This document shows positions 28,962 to 38,721 of a DNA stretch of 54,876 bases, in pieces. The DNA is from a virus (Duplodnaviria; Caudoviricetes), in the IMG/VR virus record IMGVR_UViG_3300043015_002761, positions 1 to 54,876 of that record; one strand, written 5' to 3'. The position numbers and the translations under genes were made by a program. Each line of letters begins with the position of its first letter. Position 1 is the stretch's first letter. Below the pieces are notes generated by a model. The model did no database searches. It was not told where the DNA came from and was given only the letters and a program-made list of their open reading frames with translations.

Positions 28962-29016
28962 GACTTGTTATTTTATATTAATAAATATGTTAATTTATTT
29001 TATGTGAAACTATTTT

Positions 29017-29709
29017 TTAATTTGGATATTGTTTTCCACTCCCTAAGTTATATAATTCTGTTACTTCTGTTGATGTTAATTCTCTATTCCAAATACCAAT
29101 TTCATCAATTATACCATTAAAAAATCCACCAAATGTCGTATTAGTTCCTATATATTGGTTTCCAAAATCTGAAGATGTACCAGCATCAAAAATACCAGTA
29201 CCATCATTACTACCATTAACATAAAAAGTTACGTTTGAATTAACACCATCATAAGGAGTGTGAACTGCTACTAAATGGTACCACGTTGAAGTGGATAAAG
29301 TTGTATTACCAAAAGTTGAGTCACCACTACCATTTCCACCAATTAAAGCCAATTTACGACTAACCCCATCAGACCATATCGATAAATTCGCTCCACCACT
29401 GGTGGTGTTTGCGTTAGTTATTAACATTCTATTTCTAATTTGGTTAGCATTAATCCAACAACTAAAAGTAAAAGATTGTGTGTTATCAAAAGTCTGTCTT
29501 GAACCAACGCTCACATAATCATTAACCCCATCAAATGAAAAACCTTGATTAATCTTTCCTGTTCCGTAAGTAGTACCATTAACAAGTGTACCGTTATAGT
29601 TACCCAAAGCATCATTTGGCGTATTATCGGCTGTGTAGTAAGTTAATAAATCATCCCAAAGTGGGTTTGACGGGTTTACATAAAATCTTGGTCCAACAAC
29701 AACTCCCAT
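29017..29709 (-). CDS. LamG / concanavalin A-like domain virion protein
   Basis: GKINQGFSFDGVNDYV, FTFSCWIN, TWYHLVAV, FNGIIDEIGIWNRELTSTEVTELYN; start may alternatively be 29724. Confidence 0.85.
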   Translation of the reverse strand: MGVVVGPRFYVNPSNPLWDDLLTYYTADNTPNDALGNYNGTLVNGTTYGTGKINQGFSFDGVNDYVSVGSRQTFDNTQSFTFSCWINANQIRNRMLITNANTTSGGANLSIWSDGVSRKLALIGGNGSGDSTFGNTTLSTSTWYHLVAVHTPYDGVNSNVTFYVNGSNDGTGIFDAGTSSDFGNQYIGTNTTFGGFFNGIIDEIGIWNRELTSTEVTELYNLGSGKQYPN

Positions 29710-29710
29710 A

Positions 29711-29971
29711 TTATAATATCTCATTTATTGGTGTCCATTCATCACCACTTAAAATTGTTTTAATTTCAGTGTATGTGTACGGACCTTCTTTTGTTGTTAA
29801 GTTATTTACTGACGATGGTATTGATTCACCTTCCCATTTAACAAATGTTTTAGTTCCATCGACTGAACATCTAACTGTATCTTGTGATGTTTCTAATACT
29901 TGAGTAAAATCAACTGTACCTAACTCGGATATGTTGAAAATCATAAATTGTCTTGTTTCGTAATTTACCAT
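29711..29971 (-). CDS. Small hypothetical phage protein, possibly fibre-associated
   Basis: 86 aa, VDFTQVLETSQDTVRCSVDGTKTFVKWEG...YTYTEIKTIL..DEW; tightly packed between LamG genes. Confidence 0.6.
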   Translation of the reverse strand: MVNYETRQFMIFNISELGTVDFTQVLETSQDTVRCSVDGTKTFVKWEGESIPSSVNNLTTKEGPYTYTEIKTILSGDEWTPINEIL

Positions 29972-29992
29972 AATTATATTTTCATTACTTAT

Positions 29993-30721
29993 TTATAATC
30001 CAAATCTTGTTTTTAATGCGTTATAGTTTTGAAGTACTTCATTATCTGTAAGTGTTTTATGATAGTATCTAACAATAGGAATTTTACCATCCCATGCATA
30101 AGTTCCAGGAGCTCCAGTATATGTACCAATACCTAAGTAAGCCTCATTTTGAGCAATATTACCTATTACATTTCTTGTATTTTCTAATACACCATTTAAG
30201 TATATTCTCATTGTTGTACCATCATAAGTACCAACTAAATGATACCAAGTATTCGGTAATGGTGTGGTTGTTGTGCTTACTGCTTTCCAACCACTTATCG
30301 CATAATAAATACTTAATTTACCTGGTGTGTAACCATTTGTCCATGTTGGGTTATACGCTGCTCCATAACAATTAAATCTATGTGATATTATATCATTATT
30401 ATTTAATGAATTACTATTTACCCAAAATTCCATAGATGTATTATTGGGTAAATCTAAAAAATTTGTATTTGGTGTGTACACATAATCATTAATACCATCA
30501 AATGACATAATACCACCATTATCTGTTAAATATGTAACACCATTTGTTAATGTACCATTATTACCATTACCAGTTAAATCGAACCAATCAGTTCCAGTTC
30601 CTGGGTATGATGATGTATTCCCAGCGTCCAAATGTAATACCAACCCATCTGTTATTATGTTAGGTGATAATTCACGTCTCTTACCTATAACCGTTAAACC
30701 ACCCTGTACTATTACTGACAT
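29993..30721 (-). CDS. LamG / concanavalin A-like domain virion protein
   Basis: IITDGLVLHLDAGNTSSYPGTGTDWFDLTGNGNNGTL, FDGINDY, WYHLVGTYDGTTMRIYLNG, EVLQNYNALKTRFGL. Confidence 0.85.
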   Translation of the reverse strand: MSVIVQGGLTVIGKRRELSPNIITDGLVLHLDAGNTSSYPGTGTDWFDLTGNGNNGTLTNGVTYLTDNGGIMSFDGINDYVYTPNTNFLDLPNNTSMEFWVNSNSLNNNDIISHRFNCYGAAYNPTWTNGYTPGKLSIYYAISGWKAVSTTTTPLPNTWYHLVGTYDGTTMRIYLNGVLENTRNVIGNIAQNEAYLGIGTYTGAPGTYAWDGKIPIVRYYHKTLTDNEVLQNYNALKTRFGL

Positions 30722-30722
30722 A

Positions 30723-33700
30723 TTATATACTCCTTATTATTGTTTTAACAGTCCAACCATTCGTTGTACTTGTTGTGTTTATTGAAGTTGTGTTACCACT
30801 AGTAGACATTGAAAGTGATATTGAACTGGTATTACCAATATCGTTTGTTGATGTTTCTGTGTATTGGATAGTATTACCACTAAATACACCCATCATATTA
30901 CCACTTCTTGCCCCTAATGTACCCATCAATGTGTAGTCAACAAAAACACCATCATAATTAGTTGAATCAAAACTATATACCATTGTTGACCCAGAATTTA
31001 CAGTAACACCTGTAGTAGCGTATAATGATGGTGCGTTATAACTACCCATCACAATTCTTGTGTCTGAATTAACCTCAAAAATCGTATTCGCTGTTGAATC
31101 ATTTATTTGGTATATAGTACCATCACTAGTATCAGTAACACTGAATAACTCACCCGTGGAACCAGTTATTAATAATATAGGTTCGGTATCACCAGAACCA
31201 ATAATTGTTAATGTATTTTGACCACTATTTGTTAATATTGTCTGGCCATTAATGTTTACATCACCATTAACTGTCCCACCTGTTAATGGTAAATAATCAC
31301 CATCTAAAAACCCTGTTACAATGACATTACCACCATCATTTCTATCTAGTGTTAAAGAACCAGAACCATATGTACCACCTGTAACGTAAAAATTATCTGT
31401 TGATATACCAGAAAGGTTTGAACCATCACCATAGTAAGTAATACCAGATAAAACTGATATTGTTGAAGTTAAATTAGTACCATCATTTCTACGTATAGTG
31501 AATGTATTTACATCATCATATGTGAAACCAGTAACGTAAGTGTTAGTGTCTACTGGTACTGATACATCAACTTTAATTATATCATTAACAGTTGTTATGT
31601 TAGTATTACTACCACCACTAAGTGTTCTAAAATATAAATCAGTCCCAGATTTACCACTAAATATTTCATTAGCCCCACCACTATTAACACCATTTTCAAT
31701 CTTAGTGTCTAATTGTGTTTGTACACTACCACTATAAGTATTAAATATTGATACATCTAATTTATTATCTAACTCTGATTGTAAATTAATAACTTCTGAT
31801 ATTGTATGTGTATGAGCAGTAGATATTAAATTACTAAATGAAGTCTGGTGAGGGTTATTTGTGTTACCAGTATGGTTATTGAAAATAGTAGTTTCTACCT
31901 TACCATCTAATTGTGTTTGTACATTACCACTATAACTATTAAAATCAGTTATCTCACTAAGAGTGTGTGTATGTGCTGTACTACCTAAATCACTAAGATT
32001 TATACTACCCTTTGTAAAGTGAATTGACGTATCACCAGTGTGTGTTACAAAATCAATATTATTAGTTTTACCACTTAATACTGGTGATAAGTTAACACTA
32101 TATAAATTACTTCCTTGAATATTGTTATTAAACTCAATAGTTTCACCATTAAGATTAGCAGCAGTTGTGTAACTATCAGTCATACCAGTTGTGAATCCAC
32201 TAACTTGGAATGTACCACCACTACTATTAGTATATGTGACAACACCTGTTAACACATCATAAACCCCACTAACAACATAAACATCTGATGCTAAAACAGA
32301 TAAATCGGTATTAAATGTTGTACCATCATTTCTTGTTGTTGATAAAATATATGTTGAGTTACTAAAAGTTTGACCAGTAACAAATGTATCATTAACATCT
32401 ATTGTGGATAAATCTAATGTATATGTTGTACCATCATTTTTTGTAAATGTAGCTAACGTAGTCCCATTATCGTATGTAGCACCTGTCGTAAATGTATCAG
32501 TAATTCCTGTTATATTAACAAAATTACCATCATTTCTTAAAAGTGATAATGTATCGGTAGAATCATTATAAACCCCATCAATAACATAAGTGTTAGCACT
32601 CACCGAACTAACCAATGAAGTTAAATCAACATCAAATGTGGTATCAACAGAGTTACCAACAAAGTTTATTTCTTTTGTACCACCATTGTAAGTACCACCA
32701 CTAACAAACTTATCTTGGTCTGTTGGGAACGTTACTTCTAAATTAACTGAACTAGAATTAGAAGATATGTTTACTGTACCACCTGTAGATGTTATTCCTT
32801 TAAACTCTAAATCTAAACCATTCTTTTGAGCAAATATCCCTTCAGATGAAAGGTTAGTTGCCCCACTTATTTTAGTATTTAGTTCGGTTTGTACGTTACC
32901 ACTATAAGTGTTAAATGTTGGTACATCTAATTTATTATCTAATTCAGTCTGTAAATTAATCACATCAGATATTGTATGGGTATGACCAGTACTTGTTAAA
33001 TTACTGAATGAAGTCTGGTGAGGGTTGTTTGTATCACCAGTATGTGAATTAAATAATGTTAAGTCAGTCTTATTATTTAATTGTGTTTGTACGCTACCAC
33101 TATAAGTGTTGAAATCAGTTATCTCACTTAAAGTATGGGTATGAGCAGTTGAACCTAATTCTGATAATTGAATTGAACCTTTAGTGTAATGAATACTAGT
33201 ATCACCAGTGTGTGTTACAAAATCAATATTGTTAGTTTTACCACTTAATAATGGGGTTAAATTAACACTGTATAAATTACTTCCTTGAATATTGTTATTA
33301 AACTCAATAGTTTCACCGTTAAGATTTGCTGAATTTGTATAACTATCAGTCATACCAGTTGTGAATCCACTAACTTGGAATGTACCACCACTATTATTTG
33401 TATATGTTACAATACCAGTAGAAGCGTTGTAAACACCACTTAACACGTAAATATCACTAGCTAAGATTGATAAATCAGTATTAATAACAAAACCATCATT
33501 TCTTTTAGTCGATAAAATATATGTGGAATTATTAAATGTTTGTCCAGTAACAAAAGTATTACCACTTACGGTGTTGATTAAAGATGATAAGTCAACATTA
33601 AAAGTAGTATCAACTGAGTTACCAACAAAGTCTATTTCTTGAGTTCCTATATTATAACTACCACCACTAACAAATTTATCAAAAGTAGTACCAGAATTAG

Positions 33701-33869
33701 TTGTATCAATATTAAGTACCCAATTATTAATACCATTTTTATTAATATACAACAAACCAGATGATATATCTGTAAATTCACTACCTTTTGGAGCGATATG
33801 GTTTGGAATACCAGTACCTGTTTGCTTTAAAATATTACCTATGGTTATTGTCGTTATAAGTGTTGCCAT
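30723..33869 (-). CDS. Long tail fibre with HxH repeats and a large internal duplication
   Basis: 1048 aa; four (A/G)HTHT(L/I)S motifs, HTGxTNNPH twice, RNDG repeats, YLPLTGGT; TATTTAT at 33885-33891. Confidence 0.75.
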   Translation of the reverse strand: MATLITTITIGNILKQTGTGIPNHIAPKGSEFTDISSGLLYINKNGINNWVLNIDTTNSGTTFDKFVSGGSYNIGTQEIDFVGNSVDTTFNVDLSSLINTVSGNTFVTGQTFNNSTYILSTKRNDGFVINTDLSILASDIYVLSGVYNASTGIVTYTNNSGGTFQVSGFTTGMTDSYTNSANLNGETIEFNNNIQGSNLYSVNLTPLLSGKTNNIDFVTHTGDTSIHYTKGSIQLSELGSTAHTHTLSEITDFNTYSGSVQTQLNNKTDLTLFNSHTGDTNNPHQTSFSNLTSTGHTHTISDVINLQTELDNKLDVPTFNTYSGNVQTELNTKISGATNLSSEGIFAQKNGLDLEFKGITSTGGTVNISSNSSSVNLEVTFPTDQDKFVSGGTYNGGTKEINFVGNSVDTTFDVDLTSLVSSVSANTYVIDGVYNDSTDTLSLLRNDGNFVNITGITDTFTTGATYDNGTTLATFTKNDGTTYTLDLSTIDVNDTFVTGQTFSNSTYILSTTRNDGTTFNTDLSVLASDVYVVSGVYDVLTGVVTYTNSSGGTFQVSGFTTGMTDSYTTAANLNGETIEFNNNIQGSNLYSVNLSPVLSGKTNNIDFVTHTGDTSIHFTKGSINLSDLGSTAHTHTLSEITDFNSYSGNVQTQLDGKVETTIFNNHTGNTNNPHQTSFSNLISTAHTHTISEVINLQSELDNKLDVSIFNTYSGSVQTQLDTKIENGVNSGGANEIFSGKSGTDLYFRTLSGGSNTNITTVNDIIKVDVSVPVDTNTYVTGFTYDDVNTFTIRRNDGTNLTSTISVLSGITYYGDGSNLSGISTDNFYVTGGTYGSGSLTLDRNDGGNVIVTGFLDGDYLPLTGGTVNGDVNINGQTILTNSGQNTLTIIGSGDTEPILLITGSTGELFSVTDTSDGTIYQINDSTANTIFEVNSDTRIVMGSYNAPSLYATTGVTVNSGSTMVYSFDSTNYDGVFVDYTLMGTLGARSGNMMGVFSGNTIQYTETSTNDIGNTSSISLSMSTSGNTTSINTTSTTNGWTVKTIIRSI
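31700..33680 (-). repeat. Intragenic tandem duplication, core offset 1170 nt (boundaries approximate)
   Basis: For example 32101-32147 is identical to 33271-33317 (TATAAATTACTTCCTTGAATATTGTTATTAAACTCAATAGTTTCACC). Confidence 0.85.
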
Positions 33870-33899
33870 TTTCTTCTTTTTATAATAAATATTCTACCT

Positions 33900-34862
33900 T
33901 TATATAATCTCCCATTTTGATACCCAATTATATGTTTTACCACTTTCACCAGTAACTAATATTAATAAATTACCAGATGAACTACTATAAACAATGTTAG
34001 TTGGTGTTAACCCACTTGATTGTGAATCAAAATCAGCTCTTTCACGAATAATATCAATTGAACTACCATTCTTATTAATTGCAATGGTTCTTTTCCAGAA
34101 CCCATAATTATTAAAACTATTATGACATGTTACATAATTTTCTATAAATGTAGTTGTATTATCTTCTATATTACTTAATGTAGATATAATATTACTAGAA
34201 TCGTCAGTAGTCGTTAACGTATCAGTTGACCTAATATTTACACCAGAAAGGTTTGAACCATCACCATAATAAGTAACACCAGATAAAACTGATATTGTTG
34301 AAGTTAAGTCACTTAAACCTCTATTCCTAGAAATAGTAAATGTATTTATATTATTATATGTAAATCCAGTGATAAAGGTGTCATTAAGGTCTAAACTATT
34401 TAAATCAATTGTGAATGCTGATAAGCTATCATTCCTGTTAAATGTTATTAAACCAGTATTATTATTATACGTACCACCAGTAACATAATAATTAGTTAAA
34501 CCTGTAATAATAACATTAGCACCATCATTCCTACTAAGTGTTATTGAATCCGAAATATTACTAAATGTACCACCAGTTATAAATGTATCATTAGTATTGA
34601 TTATATCAAGTATATTTGTACCACCAGATAAATAAGTGGTAGCTTCAATAGTGTTAGCTGTAAATGAATTAATACCATTAACGTTACTATTGAAAGTAAC
34701 AAGACCTGTACCCATTTGTATTGTAGTATCCCCACTACAACTTTTAACTAAATTAGTATAAAGTGTAGTACAAGCACTCAATGTGGGTGAACCACCAGTA
34801 ATCGATAATGGTTCTATAATGAATGTCTTGTTTACATTTGGTGAATTCGAATTACAGCTCAT
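33900..34862 (-). CDS. Short fibre-like virion protein with RNDG repeats
   Basis: Three DTFITGxT...RN repeats and YYGDGSNLSG shared with the neighbouring fibres. Confidence 0.65.
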   Translation of the reverse strand: MSCNSNSPNVNKTFIIEPLSITGGSPTLSACTTLYTNLVKSCSGDTTIQMGTGLVTFNSNVNGINSFTANTIEATTYLSGGTNILDIINTNDTFITGGTFSNISDSITLSRNDGANVIITGLTNYYVTGGTYNNNTGLITFNRNDSLSAFTIDLNSLDLNDTFITGFTYNNINTFTISRNRGLSDLTSTISVLSGVTYYGDGSNLSGVNIRSTDTLTTTDDSSNIISTLSNIEDNTTTFIENYVTCHNSFNNYGFWKRTIAINKNGSSIDIIRERADFDSQSSGLTPTNIVYSSSSGNLLILVTGESGKTYNWVSKWEII

Positions 34863-34863
34863 T

Positions 34864-35916
34864 TTAAATTATATTTCCTATTAATGTAAATTTACCAGTA
34901 GTACCCCACGGTCTAGTTATTTTAATATATATTGAGTCATTAGCACTAACTACGAATGGTGTTGTTATTTCTAAACCATTAAACCTTTCAATACCATTAA
35001 CCTTTATTAGTATATTTGTGATATTTTCCACATTAAGTATATTTGTGAAGCTAATATCATATTCAGAAATAAAAGAAAAGTCTGATTCAGACCTAGGTTT
35101 AAATATTACGTTATAATTAACTTTACCATCAGCGTCATTAACACTAACAGACATTCTTGGTTTACCAGGTCTATCATCTAATTCAGTCATCAACAACGCT
35201 CTATTAATCGCTGGTATTACCTCAAATTGGTCTTCATCAAGAATATAACCTTGTAACTTTATTTCAAAAGGTTGAACATAAAATCTTCTATTTTCAAAAT
35301 CATCTATATTACTCTCATCACCAATACTCTCTAATAAAAGAGGCATTGGATGACCATTTACCCTTATATAATACTGTATAGAATTAAAAGCTTGTTGTAT
35401 CTTAATGTTAAACTTATTTAAATCCCTCATCTTATTTGTGAAAAGTCTAACTTCATATGTGATATCTACTGAAGTTGGTTGTGGAATCTTATAAACATCA
35501 ATACCAGTCCTACCACCCTCATATGTTGGTACTTTCATATATGTATACGTCTTTCTACCTGGAATATTAAATAAACCAGCTTGGTTTTGACCAACTTGTG
35601 GGTTTGGTTGTCTTACAATTGTGATAAACGGCATCTTAACATTCTTAAATTTATCAGAATGTTGCCAAGTCTTAGAAAATTCAGACCATCTTTGTAGTGT
35701 AAGAAATAAAACAGGAACTTTTTCACCATCAACGACTAATTCAATGTCCTTATCAACAAAATCAATAAAAGACTTATCCATATCTTCATACATAACACCT
35801 CTAGGTAGGAACGTACCCTTTCTATCGATGTCATCAAGAATTTCTTGCCTTCTCTCGAATCCAACGCTATCTTTTGTTATCTTTATATTTTTTCTAAATC
35901 CTTTAGGTAATGCCAT
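34864..35916 (-). CDS. Tail terminator / sheath stabiliser (T4 gp15-like)
   Basis: KVPVLF...RW...MPFITIVR...PTSVDITYEVRLFTNKMRDLN...FEIKLQGYI; adjacent to the gp14-like gene. Confidence 0.65.
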   Translation of the reverse strand: MALPKGFRKNIKITKDSVGFERRQEILDDIDRKGTFLPRGVMYEDMDKSFIDFVDKDIELVVDGEKVPVLFLTLQRWSEFSKTWQHSDKFKNVKMPFITIVRQPNPQVGQNQAGLFNIPGRKTYTYMKVPTYEGGRTGIDVYKIPQPTSVDITYEVRLFTNKMRDLNKFNIKIQQAFNSIQYYIRVNGHPMPLLLESIGDESNIDDFENRRFYVQPFEIKLQGYILDEDQFEVIPAINRALLMTELDDRPGKPRMSVSVNDADGKVNYNVIFKPRSESDFSFISEYDISFTNILNVENITNILIKVNGIERFNGLEITTPFVVSANDSIYIKITRPWGTTGKFTLIGNII

Positions 35917-35927
35917 AATAATTAATT

Positions 35928-36452
35928 TTAAAGTCCACGGAACTCACTCTCATCTACTGGTGCACAAAGAACTGTTCTAAACGCCCCCTTATATCCCATG
36001 ATAGTATGTTTATTGTCATAATTCTTAAGACCATCATTTACAACTGAGAAATATCTAACCTCAGTCTCACTAACTGGGTAACCTATATAATCACCATAAC
36101 TTAACTCAATATCTAATTCAGCTAATTGAGCATCATAGATACCAAATGTTAATTGACCATCTTGTAAATATCTAAGAGAACCAGAACCACTATTATAAGC
36201 CTTATTTTCTGCTTCATTAAGTATAGGTATAACCCTTAACTCGACTGGTGGGAAAAATCTAATTCCATCCTTTACAGCTTCATTATAAAGGTCATCTGAT
36301 TCAGTCATTTCCCTATCAACTCTATAAAGGATTACAACGAAATTACCATCACCTTCAATGGCTTCTCTACCCATATCAATCTCAAGGTTAAAGTCCTCAT
36401 TTGAAAAGAACTTATTATTTCTATTTATTGGTATTCTTCTTGGTGTTGCCAT
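35928..36452 (-). CDS. Neck / head-closure protein (T4 gp14-like)
   Basis: VILYRVDREMTESDDLYNEA...FFPPVEL...LSYGDYI; TATTTAT at 36464-36470. Confidence 0.6.
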   Translation of the reverse strand: MATPRRIPINRNNKFFSNEDFNLEIDMGREAIEGDGNFVVILYRVDREMTESDDLYNEAVKDGIRFFPPVELRVIPILNEAENKAYNSGSGSLRYLQDGQLTFGIYDAQLAELDIELSYGDYIGYPVSETEVRYFSVVNDGLKNYDNKHTIMGYKGAFRTVLCAPVDESEFRGL

Positions 36453-36499
36453 AGTCTTTTAAGATAAATATTTAGAAATAACTAATAATTGTTAAACTA

Positions 36500-36530
36500 T
36501 TGATTTTTTATTTTAAATTACGTATAATTA
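36500..36530 (+). promoter_or_regulatory. Possible host-type promoter for helicase-glutaredoxin
   Basis: TTG (36500-36502), 20-nt spacer, TATAATTA (36523-36530); weaker match to TAnnTTTG. Confidence 0.35.
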
Positions 36531-36541
36531 ATAATATTATT

Positions 36542-38416
36542 ATGATAAATTTAGACGACATAAAGGGTAGAGGTGCTATTCAATTACTTGAAGAGTATGA
36601 GGGTAAAAATCCATATATAAAAAAACTTCAATTACAATTGAAAAATAATAAAAAGTTAGCACTAACAACAAACCAAACAAAATATATCATAGGGTTTCAT
36701 GATAAAGAACCTATTCTTATAAATAAGGTTGTAGGTATAACTGAATTTTTAGGTGAAACTCTTAAAAAGAGTGAAGGCCTTTCTTTTACACCAGAACGAA
36801 TACTTGTAGAGTATATGCTCGCTGAAAGTGATAAATCTTATCATGTGTACGGTAAACTTAAAAGAAATCAAAAGAAATCTGGAATGTACTTCCTACCAAA
36901 AACACAAGTATTAGACGACCCATATTATGAAGAGATTGATATAGATGTAGATTTTGAAAAATATAGGGAACTAGACCAATTTGTACTTAAAGATGGTACA
37001 GTTGGTAGAACACCGTATGAACATCAAAAGGAAGGTATCAAGTTTTTACTTACTCATGATGGTTGTCTTCTAGCTGACGACATGGGTTTAGGTAAAACCT
37101 ATCAATCAATTATAGCTGCATTGGAGTCTGGAGCTGAAAAGATACTGATTGTTTGTCCTTCAGCTGTTAAAATCAATTGGGAACGTGAGATACACTACTT
37201 CCAATGTTATGATACCTCTATCATTGAAGGTAAGAAATGGAATAGTGCTAAGTTTACAATTATTAACTATGATATTCTTAAAAACTTTCACACTATACCA
37301 GGTGTTACCGATAAGGATTTAAAAGAAGAGGATATTTGTTTTGATTCTCAAATACTACTTCAACAACAATTTGATTTAGTTATAATTGATGAAGCACATA
37401 AGTTAAAGGACCCTAAGAGTATTCGTGGTGCTATTATGAAAGACCTTTGTGTGAAGTATGGTATTGAAAAAGTATGGCTTTTATCTGGTACACCAGTAGC
37501 TAATAGACCTATGGATTATTATAACCTTCTTAAGCTTATTAAGGCCCCTATAGCTGATAACTATAAATTTTATATGCAAAGGTATTGTGGTGGTAAACAA
37601 ATCACTACAAAGCATAAAAACGCTAAGGGAAATCCTAAAAAGGTATGGATTGCTAAGGATGCCAGTAATCTAGAAGAATTAGCTATTAAAACCAAACACT
37701 TATATCTTAGAAGACTTAAAACTGAGATTGGTGATATGCCAGAAAAAACTATTGTTCCTACATACCACAAGTTGAATAAACGACAATTAAAGGGTTATGA
37801 AGATTGTTGGGAAGAATACTTAGATGAAAGACAAAGAAATAAGAAAAAGGGTACACCAGACAAAGCTTTGGTTGAATTAGGTCTTCTTAGGAAATATGTT
37901 GCTATGGAAATGATTCCAGAAACCATTGAATTAGCTGAAAATATAATTGAAGAAGGTCATAAGGTAATTATCTTTTGTAACTTTACTGATGAGTTATTAG
38001 AGTTAGAAAAACACTTCAAAAATAAATGCGTTATACACTATGGTCAAATGAGTGATAATGATAAGCAACGAAGTATCGATAGATTCCAACAAAATGATAA
38101 TGTCCAAGTATTTATTGGTAACATTATATCAGCTGGTGTTGGTATTACACTTACAGAGGCTACACATGTTATATTTAATTCATTTGATTGGGTTCCTGGT
38201 AATAATGAACAAGCTGAAGATAGAGCCTACAGATTAGGGCAAACGAATAATGTTACAGTATATTATCAATTATTTGAAGATACAATATCTGTAGCAATGT
38301 GGAATACACTTCAAAGGAAACAAGAAGTCATCGACATAATTATGGGTGAAAAACAAATTGATGAAGAAGCTGCAATAGAAATAATGTTACAAGAAATAAT
38401 AGATGAATATGAATAG
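36542..38416 (+). CDS. SNF2-family helicase/ATPase (SMARCAL1/HARP-like)
   Basis: LLADDMGLGKT, IVCP, IINYD, IIDEAH, LSGTP..NRP, GVGITLT, WVPGNNEQAEDRAYRLGQ; start moved from TTG 36500 to ATG 36542. Confidence 0.92.
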   Translation: MINLDDIKGRGAIQLLEEYEGKNPYIKKLQLQLKNNKKLALTTNQTKYIIGFHDKEPILINKVVGITEFLGETLKKSEGLSFTPERILVEYMLAESDKSYHVYGKLKRNQKKSGMYFLPKTQVLDDPYYEEIDIDVDFEKYRELDQFVLKDGTVGRTPYEHQKEGIKFLLTHDGCLLADDMGLGKTYQSIIAALESGAEKILIVCPSAVKINWEREIHYFQCYDTSIIEGKKWNSAKFTIINYDILKNFHTIPGVTDKDLKEEDICFDSQILLQQQFDLVIIDEAHKLKDPKSIRGAIMKDLCVKYGIEKVWLLSGTPVANRPMDYYNLLKLIKAPIADNYKFYMQRYCGGKQITTKHKNAKGNPKKVWIAKDASNLEELAIKTKHLYLRRLKTEIGDMPEKTIVPTYHKLNKRQLKGYEDCWEEYLDERQRNKKKGTPDKALVELGLLRKYVAMEMIPETIELAENIIEEGHKVIIFCNFTDELLELEKHFKNKCVIHYGQMSDNDKQRSIDRFQQNDNVQVFIGNIISAGVGITLTEATHVIFNSFDWVPGNNEQAEDRAYRLGQTNNVTVYYQLFEDTISVAMWNTLQRKQEVIDIIMGEKQIDEEAAIEIMLQEIIDEYE

Positions 38417-38678
38417 AGTAAGACTTTATGGTTTTGATGGTTGTCCATACTGTCAAGAATTAAAACAGTTATTAACAACTAATAATGTATACTTCGACTA
38501 TATTGATATAGAGAATGAGAAATATGAAGAAGAAGTGAAAAAAATAATGGAAATTGGTAAAACTGATAGTGTTCCAATTGTTTTGGTTAATAAGGTTATA
38601 TTATCACCAGAAGTTAGTTTTAATAGTATAGAAGAAGCTTTTAAATTAATTAAAAAATTCTTAAGTGAAGGAAAATAA
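38403..38678 (+). CDS. Glutaredoxin / NrdH-like redoxin
   Basis: LYGFDGCPYCQELK and SVPIVLV cis-Pro motif; overlaps the helicase stop; start could be 38409. Confidence 0.88.
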   Translation: MNMNRVRLYGFDGCPYCQELKQLLTTNNVYFDYIDIENEKYEEEVKKIMEIGKTDSVPIVLVNKVILSPEVSFNSIEEAFKLIKKFLSEGK

Positions 38679-38699
38679 AAAGATTACCTTTTTTCATGA

Positions 38700-38706
38700 T
38701 ATTTAT
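38700..38706 (+). promoter_or_regulatory. Putative late promoter TATTTAT on the plus strand
   Basis: GATATTTATTAATAAATAGATATTATG before the only plus-strand structural gene. Confidence 0.6.
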
Positions 38707-38721
38707 TAATAAATAGATATT

